Assembly (NCBI RefSeq): GCF_009914755.1
Contig: NC_060929.1
DNA from: the human T2T-CHM13v2.0 reference genome, Homo sapiens
Reading direction: 5' to 3' (one strand)
DNA length: 64,000 nucleotides
The notes under the pieces were generated by a model. That model ran no database searches and was not told the origin of the DNA. It worked only from the letters and a program-made list of their open reading frames with translations. The position numbers and the translations under genes were made by a program. Below, in pieces: positions 18,032-32,078 of this stretch. Numbering within the stretch: the first letter of the stretch is position 1; each line of letters begins with the position of its first letter.

Positions 18032-19068
18032 TTACAATTTGGCATGTTTTTGCAGTGGCTGGTACTGTTTGTTCCTTTCCATGTTTAGTGTTTCCTTCCG
18101 GAGTGTTTTAGGGCAGGCCTGGTGGTGACAAAATCTCTCAGCGTTTGCGTGTCTGTAAAGTATTTTATTTCTCCTTCACTTATGAAGCTTAGTTTGGCTG
18201 GATATGAAATTCTGGGTTGAAAATTCTTTTCTTTAAGAATGTTGAATATTGGCCCCCACTCTCTTCTGGCTTGTAGAGCTTCTGCCAAGAGATCAGCTAT
18301 TAGTCTGATGGGCTTCCCTTTGTGGGTAACCCGCCCTTTCTCTCGGGCTGCCCTTAACATTTGTTCCTTCATTTCAACTTTGGTGAATCTGACAATTATG
18401 TGTCTTGGAGTTAGTTGCTCTTCTTGAGGAGTATCTTTGTTGCGTTCTCTGTATTTCCTGAATCTAAATGTTGGCTTGCCTTGCTAGATTGGGGAAATTC
18501 TCCTGGATAATATCCTGCAGAGTGTTTTCCAACTTGGTTCCATTCTCCCCGTCACTTTCAGGTACACCAATCAGATGTAGATTTGGTCTTTTCACATAGT
18601 CCCATATTTCTTGGAGGCTTTGTTCGTTTCTTTTTATTCTTTTTTCTCTAAACTTCTCTTCTCACTTCATTTCATTCATTTGATCTTCCATCACTGATAC
18701 CCTTTCTTCCAGCTGATTGAATCAGCTACTGAGGCTTGTGCATTCGTCACATAGTTCTTGTGCCATGGTTTTCAGCTCCATCAGGTCCTTTAAGGACTTC
18801 TCTGCATTGGTTATTCTAGTTTGCCATTCATCTAATTTTTTTTCAAGGTTTTTAACTTCTTAAGGTTTTTAACTTCTTTGCCATGGGTTCGAACTTCCTC
18901 CTTTAGCTCAGAGTAGTTTGATTGTCTGAAGCCCTCTTCTCTCAGCTGGTCAAAGTCATTCTCCATCCAGCTTTGTTCCGGTGCTGGTGAGGAGCTGCGT
19001 TCCTTTGGAGGAGGAGAGGTGCTCTGATTTTTAGAGTTTCCAGTTTTTCTGCTCTCTTTTTTCCCCAT
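18032..19068 (-). pseudogene. ORF1: L1 ORF1p, disrupted
   Basis: MGKKESRKTGNSKNQS start; C-terminal MKEQMLRAAREKGRVT...; frameshifting 17-bp duplication at 18845-18878. Confidence 0.92.
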
Positions 19069-19640
19069 CTTTGTGGTTTTATCTTCCTTTGGTCTTTGAT
19101 GATGGTGATGTACAGATGGGTTTTTGGTGTGGATGTCCTTTCTGTTTGTTAGTTTTCCTTCTAACAGTCAGGACCCTCAGCTGCAGGTCTGTTGGAGTTT
19201 GCTGGAGGTCCACTCCAGACCCTGTTTGCCTGGGTATCAGCAGCAGTGGCTGCAGAACAGCGGATATTGGTGAACTGCAAATGCTGCTGCCTGATCGTTC
19301 CTCTGGAAGTTTTGTCTCAGAGGAGTACCCGGCCATGTGAGGTGTCAGTCTGTCCCTACTGGGGGCCTCCCAGTTAGGCTACTCGGAGATCAGGGACCCA
19401 CTGGAGGAGGCAGTCTGCCTGTTCTCAGATCTCAAGCTGCATGCTGGGAGAACCACTACTCTCTTCAAAGCTGTCAGACAGGGACATCTAAGTCTGCAGA
19501 GGTTATTGCTGTCTTTTGTTTGTCTGTGCCCTGCCCCCAGAGGTGGAGCCTACAGAGGCAGGCAGGCCTCCTTGAGCTGTGGTGGGCTTCACTCAGTTGG
19601 AGCTTCCTGGCAGCTTTGTTTACCTACTCAAGACAGAGCA

Positions 19641-19760
19641 ATGGCGGGCACCCCTCCCCCAGCCTCCCTGCCGCCTTGCAGTTTGATCTCAGACTGCTGT
19701 GCCAGCACTGAGCAAGGCTCCATGGGTGTAGGACTCTCTGAGCCAAGGTGCGGGATATAA
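19641..19760 (+). pseudogene. ORF0: L1 antisense ORF0, frameshifted after codon 35
   Basis: MAGTPPPASLPPCSLISDCCAS... matches primate L1 ORF0; the unspliced frame stops at TAA 19758-19760. Confidence 0.85.
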
Positions 19761-21551
19761 TCTCCTGGTGTGCCGTTTGTTAAGCCCATTGGAAAAGCAC
19801 AGTATTAGGGTGGGAGTTTTTTTCCCAGAATCATCTTTGCCTTCTGTCTTTGCAGAAGTGAGGAAAGTTTACTATGGGCTGAACTTCAGCAAACTGGCTT
19901 AGATGTTGTTGTGGCAGTTTATGACCACAGGGATTTCTCCCAATGTCAACACATGAATTGCAATGGCAAGTGGCTGATATGTGTGTAAGTGGCTCCAAGC
20001 TGAAATTTTCTTACTGAAGGAGAATGAGGAGCAAGATGATGGAATAGAAAGAGCTACCAGTTACATTCCCTGCAATGACACCAAGTTAACAACTATCTAC
20101 ACAGAAATAAAAGACTTTCATAAGAACTAAAAATCAGGTGAGCCCTTAACAGTACTTGGTTTTAACTTCCTGTCACTGAAACAGACACTAAAAATATAGA
20201 AAATACAGTCCTAAATCACTGATGCCACCCTTCCCCAACCTTGTGCAACCATGGTGTGGTACAAAGAGCATCTCTGGGCACTAGAGGAGGAAGAACACGG
20301 CGATTGTAAAGCATTGAATTCAGTGCTGTCCTGTTAGAACAGGTAGGAAACCTGGGTCAAACTCAGCTGATGCCTACTCATGGACAGAGCATTTGAACCA
20401 GCCCTAGGCAGGAAGGAATCATGCATCCTAGCAGTGCAAACTTGAGTGCCTGCAAACATAGTCACTAAGGGCTGTAGCTCTGTGTCTCCAAGTCAACTTG
20501 AAAGGCAGTCTAGGCCATAAGGATGCAACTCTTAGGTGAGTGCTAGTACTGAAGTACGCCCAGAGACAGTGAACTGAGAGGATACATAACACCATGGTGT
20601 TCAACATAGTGAAACACCAACTGGGGGAGCCAAGGGTGTGCTGGCCTCACCCCTCCTTAAACCCAGGATGCAGAGCCCATGGCTCCAAAAGAGACTATTT
20701 CCGTCCCCTTCAGAAGAGGAGAGGGAAGAGTAGGGAGGGCTTTGTCTTGCATCTTGGATACCACCTCAGCTACAGCAGGATAGGGCACCTGTGAGACTTG
20801 TGGGGCCCTTGTTCTAGGCCCCAGATCCCAGATGACATTTCTAGACACACCCTGGGCCTGAAGGGAACCCACTGCCTTGAAGGAAAGGACCCAATACCTG
20901 GCAGTATTCATCCCCTGGTAACTGAAGAGCCTGTGGGTCCAGAATAACCAGAAGTAGTACCCAGGTCCTACAGCAAGCCTCTGAGGCTTGCTGGCTTCCA
21001 GGGATTCTCAGCAGTAGTGGCTATGGGGCAAACTCCTTCTGGTTGAGAAGACAGCATTCACAACAAGGTGACTTAAGAGACCTTGGGCCTTAAGGGAGCA
21101 TCAGCAGTATTCTGGCAGTACTCCTCATGGCCCAGGATGGTGGTGGCTATGGGGCTATGGGGTACGGATCCTTTGCCTTTGGAAAGGGGAGGGAAGAGTG
21201 GGAAGGCCCACAGCTTGTGGTTTAAGTGCCAACTCAGTTGCCACAAGATAGAACACCAGGTAGACTTCTAAGTTTTTTGACTCTATTCCCTGACTCCCAG
21301 GCAGCACTTCTGCACCCACCCAGGGCCTGGTTACCTTGCTGCCCTGAAGGAAAGAACACAGGCCTGGCTGGCTTTGCCATTTGCTGATTATAGAGTCCCA
21401 GGGCCTTGAGTGAACATAGGCAGTAGGAAGGGAGTGTTTACAGCAGGTATTGGATTCAAGTGCTGGATTCAGGTCTGACCCAGCACAGTCACAATGGTGC
21501 TGGCAACAGGGGTGCTTGTGTAATTTCACCGTCAGCTCTAGGTGGCTCAGA

Positions 21552-21556
<5 letters not shown>

Positions 21557-21596
<40 letters not shown>
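21557..21596. repeat. (GA)20 microsatellite
   Basis: Perfect dinucleotide run. Confidence 0.95.
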
Positions 21597-21598
<2 letters not shown>

Positions 21599-21744
21599 CT
21601 ATGTTTGGAAGAAAGTAAGAGAAGAGAACAAGAGTCCCTGCCTGATAATTTAGATAATTTTCCCAGATCTGATTCAGGATAATCACAGTGATACCTCTAC
21701 AAGTCTACAAGAACCACAGGATTACTGGGCTTAGGGTGCCCCGT

Positions 21745-21791
21745 AATTAAAGATAATGGCAGAACCTGCAATTACTTTTGCACCAACCTAA
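21745..21791. mobile_element. MADE1 (Hsmar1-derived MITE) half element
   Basis: taatggcagaacctgcaattacttttgcaccaacctaa matches the Hsmar1/MADE1 terminal inverted repeat. Confidence 0.8.
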
Positions 21792-22836
21792 TGCATCTTA
21801 GATCACCACACTTAGATCACAACACTTAGATCAAGTCCTTTCAAATATCTGGAAAGCCTTCCCAAAAAGGATGGCTACACATAAGCCCAGATAGTGAAGA
21901 TTATAATAGATACCTAACTCTTAAATGCCCAGACAGTGAAGAACATCTGCTAGCATCAACATCATCCAGAAAAATATGACCTCACCAAATGAACTAAATA
22001 AGGCACCAGGGACAAATCCTAGAGAAACAGAGATCTATGACCTTTTAGTCAGAGAATTAAAAATATCTGTGTTGAGGAAACTCAAAGAAATTCAAGATAA
22101 CACAGAAAAATCTTAGAATTCTACCAGATAAATTTAACAAAAGGATTGAAATAATTAAAAGTAATCAAGCAGAAATTCTGGAGCTGAAAATGTAATTGGT
22201 ATACAGAAAAATACATCAGAGCCTTTTAATGGCAGAATTTATCAAGTGGAAGAAGTAGTGAGTTTTAAGGCAGGTTTTTGTTTGAAAATACATGGTCAAA
22301 TAAGGCAAAATAAAAAAAAAAAACAATGAAACATGCCTACAAGATCTAGGAAATAGCCTCAAATGGGCAAATCTAAGAGTTATTGGCCTTAAAGAGGAGG
22401 TAGAAAAAGATAGTGGTAGAAAGTTTATTGAAAGGGATAACAACAGGGAACTCCCCACACCTAGAGAAATATATCAATATCCAAGTACAAGAAGATTATA
22501 AAACACCAAGCAGATTTAACTTAAAGAAGACTACTTCAAGGCATTTAATAATCATGCTCCCAAAAGTCAAGGATAAAGAATTCTGAAAGCAGCAAGAGAA
22601 ACAAATAACAAACAATGGAGCTCCAATATGTCGGGCAGCACACTTTTCTGTGGAAATCCTTCAGGCCAGGAGAGAGTGGCATGACATATTTAAAATGCTG
22701 AAGGAAAATAACTTTTACCCTAAAAGGGTATATCTGTGAAAATATCCTTCAAACATGAAGAAGAAATGAAGATACTCCCAGAAAAACAAAAGCTGAGGGA
22801 TTTCATTAATGCCAGTCCTGTCCAATAAAAAAATGC

Positions 22837-23154
<318 letters not shown>

Positions 23155-23396
23155 TTAATGAGCAATAAATAATCATCTGAAGGTACAGTACAAACAGGTA
23201 ATAAGTACACAGAAAAACAGAGAATATTATAATGCTGCAACTGTGATGTGTAAATTACTTTCATCATAAGTAGAAAGAATAAATGAACCAATCAAAAATA
23301 ATAAATACAACAACTTTTCAAGACATAGTACAGTAAGATATAAATAGAAACAATGTAAAGTTAATAGGTGGGGAGACAAAGTTAAGGCATAGAGTT

Positions 23397-23731
23397 TGAT
23401 ATGATTTGGCTGTGCTCCCACCCAAATCTCATCTGAATTCCCATGTGTTGTGGGAGGGACCCAGTGAGAGGTAATTAAATAATAAGATCAAGTATTTCCT
23501 GTGCTGTTCTCATCATAGGAGTAAGTCTCACAAGATCTGATGATTATATAAGGGGAGTTTCCCTGCACAATCTCTCTTCTCTTGTTTGCTGCCATGTGAG
23601 ATGTGCATTTCATTTTCTCCCATGATTGTGAGGCATCCCCAGCCACGTGGAACTGTAGGTTCATTAAACCTTTTTTTTTCTTCCCAGTCTCGGGTATGTC
23701 CTTATCAACAGCATGAAAGCAGACTGATACA
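23397..23731 (+). mobile_element. THE1 (THE1B-like) solo LTR
   Basis: TGATATGATTTGGCTGTG...GACTGATACA termini; 5-bp TSD GAGTT. Confidence 0.9.
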
Positions 23732-25377
23732 GAGTTTTTATTAGTTTTCTCTTTGCTTGCTTGCTTGTTTGTTAATGAAAATAGTGTTAAATTGTTAATA
23801 GGTTAAAATAATGGGTTATAGGATAGTATTCATAAGCCTCATGGTAACTTCAAACCAAAAAATGTATAAAGGTTACACAAAAGATATGAAAAGCAAGGAA
23901 AAAATCATATCACAAGAGAAAATAACCTTCAGTAGAGGCAGACAGGAAGGAAAGAAAAAAGAAACAGAATATTATAAAACAACCAGAAAACAAATAAATA
24001 AATGGTAAGAGTAAGTTCTTACTTATCAATAATAACATTGATTGTAAATGGACTTAACTCTCTAATTAAAAGACATAGACTGGCTGAATGTATGAAAAAA
24101 CAAGACCCATTGATCTGTTGCCTACAAGAAACACATTTCACTTATTAAGACTACATAGTCTGAAAATAAAGGGATGGAACATGGTGTTCTATGCTAGTAG
24201 AAATTTTTTAAAAGTAAGACTCACTATACTTATATCAAACAAAATAGCTTTTAAAACAAAAACTATAAGAAGAGACAAGGAAGGTCACCATATAAGGATA
24301 AAGGAGTCAATTCAGAAAGAAGATATAACAATTTTAAATATATATGCACCCAACACTATAGCATCTAGATATGTAAAGGAAACATTATCGAGCTAAAGAG
24401 AGAGATAGGCTCCAATACAATAATAGATGGAGACTTCAGTCACTCATTTTCAGCACTGGACAGATCTTCCAGACAGAAAGAAACAATAAAGAAACATCAG
24501 AATTAATCTGCACTGTAGACCAAGTGGATCTAGTAGGTATTTACGGAACATTTCATCTAAGAGCTGCAGGATACACATTCTTTTCCTCAGCATATAGATC
24601 ATTCCTAAAGAAAGACCATATGTTAGGTCACAAAACAAGTCTTAAAACATTCAAAAAATTGAAATAATATCAAGCATATTTTCTGACCACAAGGCAATAA
24701 AATTAGAAATTAATAACGAGGAATTTTGGAAACTATACAAATACATGGAAATTAAACAATATGTTTCTGAATGACCAGTGGGTCAATGAAGAGATTAAGA
24801 AGAAAATTAAAAACTTTCTTGAAACAAATGATAATGGAAACACAACATACCAAAACCTATGGGATACAGCAAAAGCAATACTTAGAGGGAAGTTCATAGC
24901 TGTAAGTGCCTCATCCAAAAAGGGAAAATACTTTAAGTGAACACTCTAACAATTCATTTTAAAGGATTAGAAAAGGAAGAGCAAGCCAAATCTAAAATTA
25001 GTAGAAGAAATAATAAAGATCAGAGCAGAATTAAATGAAATTAAAATGAAAAAATACAAAATACCAACAAAACAAAAAGTGGTTTTTATGAAAAGTTACA
25101 CAAAATTGACAATCCTTTAGCCAGACTAAGAAAAAAAGAGAGACAATCCAAGTAAATAAAATCAAAAATGAAAAATGAGACATTACAACTGACACTGCAG
25201 GAATTCTAAAGATCATTATTGGCCACTATGAACAACTATATGACAATAAATTGGAAACTCTAGAAGAAATGAACAAATTCCTAGATACATGCAACCTACC
25301 AAGATTGAACTGGGGAGATATCAAAAACCTGAAAAGACCAACAAGAAACAAGATCTAAGCCATAATAAGAAGTTGTC

Positions 25378-25684
25378 AGCCAGGTGCAGTGGCTCATGCC
25401 TGTAATCCCAGCACTTTGAGAGGCCAAGGCAGGTGGACCACTTGAGGTCAGGAGTTTGAGACCAGCCTGGTCAACACGGTGAAACTCCATCTCTACTAAA
25501 AATAGCAAAAAATTAGCTGGGCATGGTGGTGGGCACCTGTAGTCCCAGCTACTTGGGAGGCTGAAGCAGAAGACTCATGTGAACCCAGGAACCCAGGAGA
25601 CAGAGCTTACAGTGAGCTGAGATCGCACCACTGCACTCCAGCCTGGGTGATGGAGTGAGGATCCATCTCAAAAAAAAAAAAAAA
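25378..25684 (+). mobile_element. AluS (Sx/Sz-like)
   Basis: Full dimeric Alu with A tail; TSD AAGTTGTC. Confidence 0.9.
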
Positions 25685-28600
25685 AAGTTGTCCATTAAAG
25701 AAAAGCCTGGGACCTGATGGCTTCATTGCTGAATTCTACCAAACATTTAAAGAATTAATACCAGTACTACTCAAACTAGTCCAAAAAATAGAGGAAGGAA
25801 TATTACCAAATTCTGCAAGGCCAGTATTACCCTGATATGAAAACTAGACAAAGACACAGCAAAAAAAAGAAAACTACAGGCCAATATCTCTAATGAATAT
25901 TGATGCAAAAATCCTCGACAATATACTATCAAACCAAATTTAATATATTAGAAAGATCTTTCATCATGATCAAGTAGGATCTATCCCTGGGATACAAGGA
26001 TAATTCAACATATGCAAATCAATGTGATACGTCTTATCAAAAACATGAAGGATAAAAACCATATGACCATTTTAATTGATGCTGGAAAAGCATTTAATAA
26101 AATTTCACATCTCTTTATGATAAAAATCCCTAAAAAACTGGGGATAGAAGGAATGTACCTCAACATAATAAAAGCCATATACAGCAGACCCACAGCTAGT
26201 ATTATACTGAATGAGGAAAGACTGAGAGCCTTTCCTCTAAGATCTGGTACATAACAATGATGCTCACTGTCAGCACTATTATTCAACTTAGTACTGAAAC
26301 TCCTAGCTAGAGCAATCAGACAAGAAAAAGATATAAAGGGCATCCAAATTGGAAAGGAAGAGGTCAAATTATCTTGGTTTGCAGATAATATGATCTTATA
26401 TTTGGAAAAACCTAGAGACCCCACAGGAAAACTATTACAACTGATAAATTCATTAAAGTTACAGGGTACAAAATCAACATACAAAAATCAGTAGCATTTC
26501 CACATGCCAACAGTGAACAATGTAAAAAGGAAGTAAAAACATAATCCCATTCATGATAGCCACTCATAAAATTAACTACATTGGAATTAACCAAATAAGT
26601 GAAAGCTCTCTATATTAAAAATTATAAAAAACCCATGAAAGAAATTGAAGAGGACATCAAAAAATGGAAAAACATCAATTTTCATGGATTGGAGTAATCA
26701 ATATTATTAAAATGTCCATACTACCCAAAGCAGTCTACAAATTCAATGTAACTCCTATCAAAATACCAATGATATTATTCACACAAATAAAAAAAAAATC
26801 CTAAAATTTATGTGGAACCACAAAAGACACAGAATAGGCAAAGCTATGCTAAGCAAAAAGAACAAAACTGGAGGAATAACATTACCTGACTTCAGATTAT
26901 ACTATAGAGCTATAGTAACCAGAACAGCATGGCACTGGCCTAAAAACAGACATCATAGATCAATGGAACAGAATAAAGAACCCAGAAACATTCATACAAC
27001 TACAGTGAACTCATTTTTGACAAAGATGCAAGAACATACACTGGGGAAAAGATAGTCTCTTTAGTAAATGGTGCTGAGAAAACTGAATATCCATAAGCAA
27101 AAGAATAAAACTAGACACATATCACCATATTCAAAAATAAAATAAAAATGAATTAAAGATGTAAGTCTAAGATGTCAAACTATAAAACTACTACAAGAGA
27201 ACATTGGGGAACATCTCCATGACATTGGTCTTGGCAGAAATTTCTTGAGCAATACCCTACAGGCGACCAAAGCAAGAGTGCACAAATGGCAATAACACAG
27301 GCAACCAAATCAAGAGTGCACAAATGGGATCACATCAAGTTAAAAAGCTTCTGCACAATAAAGAATACAATCAATCAACAAAATGAAGAGACAATCCACA
27401 GAATGGGAGAAAATATTTGCAAACTACCCATCTGACAAGGGATTAAGAACCAGAATACATAAGGAGCTCAAACAACTCTAGGAAAATGTTCAATAATCCA
27501 ATAAAATGGACAAAAATTTGAATAGACATTTCTCAAAAGAAGACATACAAATGGCAAATATACATATGAAAAGGTGCTCAACATCACTGATCATTAGAAA
27601 AATGCAAATCAAAACTACAATGAGATGTCATCTCACCCCAGTTAAAATGGCTTTTATCCAAAGACGGGCAATAACAAATGCTGGCAAGAATATGGAGGAA
27701 AGGGAACACTATTGGTGGGAATATAAATTAGTATAACAACTGTGGAGAACAGTGTTGTTGTTCCTCAGAAAAATTAAAAATTGAGCTACCATATGATCCA
27801 ACATTCCCACTGCTGAGTATATATTCAAAAGAAAGGAAATCAGTATATTGAAGAGATATCTGCACACCTATGTTTGTTGCAGAACTGTTTTCAATAACTA
27901 AGATTTGGAAGAAACCGAAGTGTCCATCAACAGATGACTGGATAAAGAAAATGAGGTATGTATACACAATAGAGTACTATTCTGCCATAAAAGAATGAGA
28001 TCCAGTCATTTACAACACTAGGGATGAAATTGGAGATCATTATGCTAAGTGAAACAGGTCAGGCACAGAAAGACAAACATCACATGTTCTCACTTATTTG
28101 TGGGATCTAAAAATCAAAACAACAGAACTCATGGACATAGAGAGTAGAAAGATGGTTACCAGAGCCTAGGAAGGGTAGTGAGTGGCTTGTTGGGGGGCGG
28201 ATGGGGAAGGTGTGAATAGTTAATGGGTACAAAAAAAGTTATAAAAATGAATAAGACCTATTTGATAGCACAATAGGGTGACTCTAGTCAATAATAATTG
28301 TACATTTTAAATAGAGTGTAATTGGATTGTCTGTAATTCAAAGGAGAAATGCTTGAGTGGATGGATACCCCATTCCCCACGATGAGCTTATTTCAAATTG
28401 CATGCCTGTGTCAAAACATCTCATGTATCCTATAAATGTATATACCTATGTACTCACAAAATTAAAAAATAAATTTTAATTAAAAAACTTTCTTACTGAG
28501 GGACAATTGGGTCCAACTATTAAGAAATCAGTTCAGCGCATATGATTGTCTGCATAGATCTGTCTGCTCTTTGCTGCACCATAATGCTGACTGAAACCTC

Positions 28601-30045
28601 TAGTCACATGAAGTGTAGAAATAAAGAAATTCCAGGTCCCCCAAACACTTTCTCAAGAATAACAAAATAGTTAACCCAAGTTAGAATTGCTTCACAAACA
28701 TCCAATCATTTTATTTTACCTTTTATTATTATTCGTTTAAAAAAATGTCCAAGGTAAGACAGACTAGAAACATGGCTATTGTTCAAGTTTGTAATAGAGA
28801 AGTGAATTGCTCACATTATCAATTACAATTGCCATATTCAGAGTGTAAAATCCAAAAACAACTTCAATTGATTTAAGTTACTGAGTTAACTCTCTTCTAC
28901 ATTTTCAACTCTAGTGTGCTGCTCACTGTCTCTTCCAACAAGGCTGAGTAGAGGGTCAAGAACTTATCTAGGAAATGTGATTAATGGTGACATAGTGTAG
29001 AACAAAATCCTATTTCATTATCAGCAGCAGCTGTTGCTGTAAAGGTCTGGAGTTTCTGAGCAGTTGTTTCAACTAATTTCATTTGTCCTTTAAAAGCCCA
29101 AGAAAAGCAATTTGATAAAAAAAAAAATCTCCCCCGGGGGACATGGGTTTATTAGCTAAAAGAACATCAATACAATGTCTTCACCTTTCACATCATTGGC
29201 ATCTGATAATCTCAATAACATTCATAAAGACCTCCTGGAGCAGGAGGCTGCGGAAGATAGTGTTTTGTGCAGAAAAAGCAGAGAATAGAGCACTGACCTT
29301 AGCAATAAGAGGGAACGGGAATGTAGGAAATGTCAGGGAGAAGAGACAAGAAATCCAATATAACAGCTGCAGCCATATATTGTTCTGAGCTGGTATGAAA
29401 TAGAGAAGGAGAGGAAATTTCAAATGGTGAGAGTAAGGTAAATGGTGTCAAGGAAAGCAATTTTCTTCTCCTTTTTAGTTTTATAGAGAGAGAGAAGAAG
29501 GAAAAATAACTTGGATTACAAAGTTCTCAAGGGGGGTGCACATGAAATAGAAGAGGAATGAGGAGTTAGGAGTCACTAACAGGGCACTTTTTAGTTTGTG
29601 ATAAAGTATAGGAGAGAAAAATCCAAACTCATCATGAAACAGTGTACAGTATTATTGCCAAAACCTTAGTTTTGTTATTGATTTAGCCACTCAGACAACT
29701 GTCAGGATCCACCTCCCACCCCACCATGCCCCTAGTTGTACCACATGGGTCCTAGAATACTGTAAATTAAAATAACACCTCTTTGTAAATTTAAAACTTG
29801 TAATACAAAAACTTGTAATTCAAAAAATTGTATCCATCAACTGACATCCCCTGAACCACGCAAACAAGAGAAGTAATGGCACAAGTGATCTCTGATTCAA
29901 AAAGATGGGCTTTTGCAAAAATATTAATAAGTTAGAAGATGACAATAAAATCCCAAGATCTTTCTCACCAATTCCACCGCCTACATACAGCCTAATGATG
30001 GACCACTCTCAATTCATAAGGGTCCTGGCAGGAAGAAAGGAATAT

Positions 30046-30445
30046 TATTTATTCAACAGTTTATTCAACATGAATTTAGTTGTGCCAGCTCTGTGCCTAG
30101 CACTGTTCCATGTGCTAGGACGGAACAGCAAACAAAGTCCCTGAACTCAAGAACACACATTCTAGGAAGAGAGGCAGACAGCAAACACACATGCACAGTA
30201 CACCTGATATAACAGGTGATGTGAAGAAAAACAGAGCACAGTAAGGGAGACAAGGTTGCCTAGGGAGAACTGGTGTACTGTTATTTAGCATACTTAAGAA
30301 AAATCTCTCTGATAAGGTGACTTTTAAGCAGAGATTTGAAGGAAGTAAGGAAGCAAGGTGTGCAGATGACTGAAGGAAGAGGTAACCAGGTAAAGGGAAC
30401 AGTAAATGCAAGGACCCTGAGGTGAGAAAGTACAGGCATTTCCAG
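30046..30445 (-). mobile_element. L2 LINE 3' fragment
   Basis: ttcaacatgaatttag...tgtgcctagcactgttccatgtgctagga and downstream L2 motifs. Confidence 0.7.
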
Positions 30446-31777
30446 GGATGTCTAAAGTAGTCTTAGTGGTTAGAACAGAATAACAAGGACAGATAAGAAG
30501 AAGTCAATGTCTGCAGTTCTGTTCGTTAGGAAGACATAATTCAAATAGCTAGGAATGGACAAATAAAAAAAAACGCTGTTGTTGGATGCTGGCTTTTCAA
30601 GATCATCTTGCTTTACAGAGCTCATGGGAGACAGAAAAGCGCAGCAGATTTGAAACTTTGCATCTGAATTCGTTTCCAATTCTATTTTAATGATGGGTCT
30701 TTGATTTTTTTGTGGTTGAAATATTTATTGTAATATTTGTGGATTCACATGCAGTTTTGTAAAATAGTACAGAGAGATCCCATGTAAATTTTGTTCATTT
30801 TCCTTGATGGTAACATTTTGTGAGGAAATAATATAATATCACAACTAAGATGTTAATATTGATACAATACACTGATCTTATTCAAATTTTCCCATTTACA
30901 TTTGTATTTGTGTGTGTGTTCAGTTTTATACAGTTACCTACATGTAGGTTAATTTATCCACCACCACAATCAAGACCCTGAAAGTTCCAACATAAGAATC
31001 TCTCCTGTTAGTCTTTTATATTAATAATATGCTATCTCTTATATACCCTAAATATCTTTCTCCCTTCTTCTCCCCTGCCCCATAATATGCCCCCCATGTC
31101 TAAATTTTTGTCATTTCAAAACTGCTATATAAATGAAATCACACAGTATATGAGCTTTTAGGACTGGCTTTTTTTCCCGACTCAGAGTAATTACCTGGAA
31201 ATTTATTCAAATTGTTGATGCATAAATAGTTCAATCTTTTTTATTGCTAAGTAATATATTCCATACTATGAATGTACCATAGTGTGTTTAACCATTCACC
31301 TGTTGAATGATACACGGGTTGATTTCAGTTTGAGGCTATTTTGGATGAAATTACTATGAACATTCATGTTTACATTTTTGTGTAAACATAGGTTTTTATT
31401 TCTCTGGGACAAAAGTGCAAGGGTATAACTTCTGGGACCTATTTAGTTGCATACTTAGTTTTATGAGAACATAACAAACTGTTTATCAGAGAGGCTGTAA
31501 TATTTTACATTCTCACCAGCAATGCACAGGCGATCCAGTTTCTCTATATTCTTGCCCACATTTGGTGGTGGTCCTATATTTTTTCATTTTTGCCATTCTG
31601 CTAGAAGTGTAGTGATATCTTATTGTGGTTTTAATTTGAATTTCCCTGGTGGCTAATGATTTTGAAAATCTTTTGATTTTGATGTACTTATTTGCCATTT
31701 GTGTGTCCTCTTCGGTAAAATGTCTAATCATTTTCTTCACGCATTTCATAATTTTATTGCTTTTTATAGTTGTTGCC

Positions 31778-32078
<301 letters not shown>

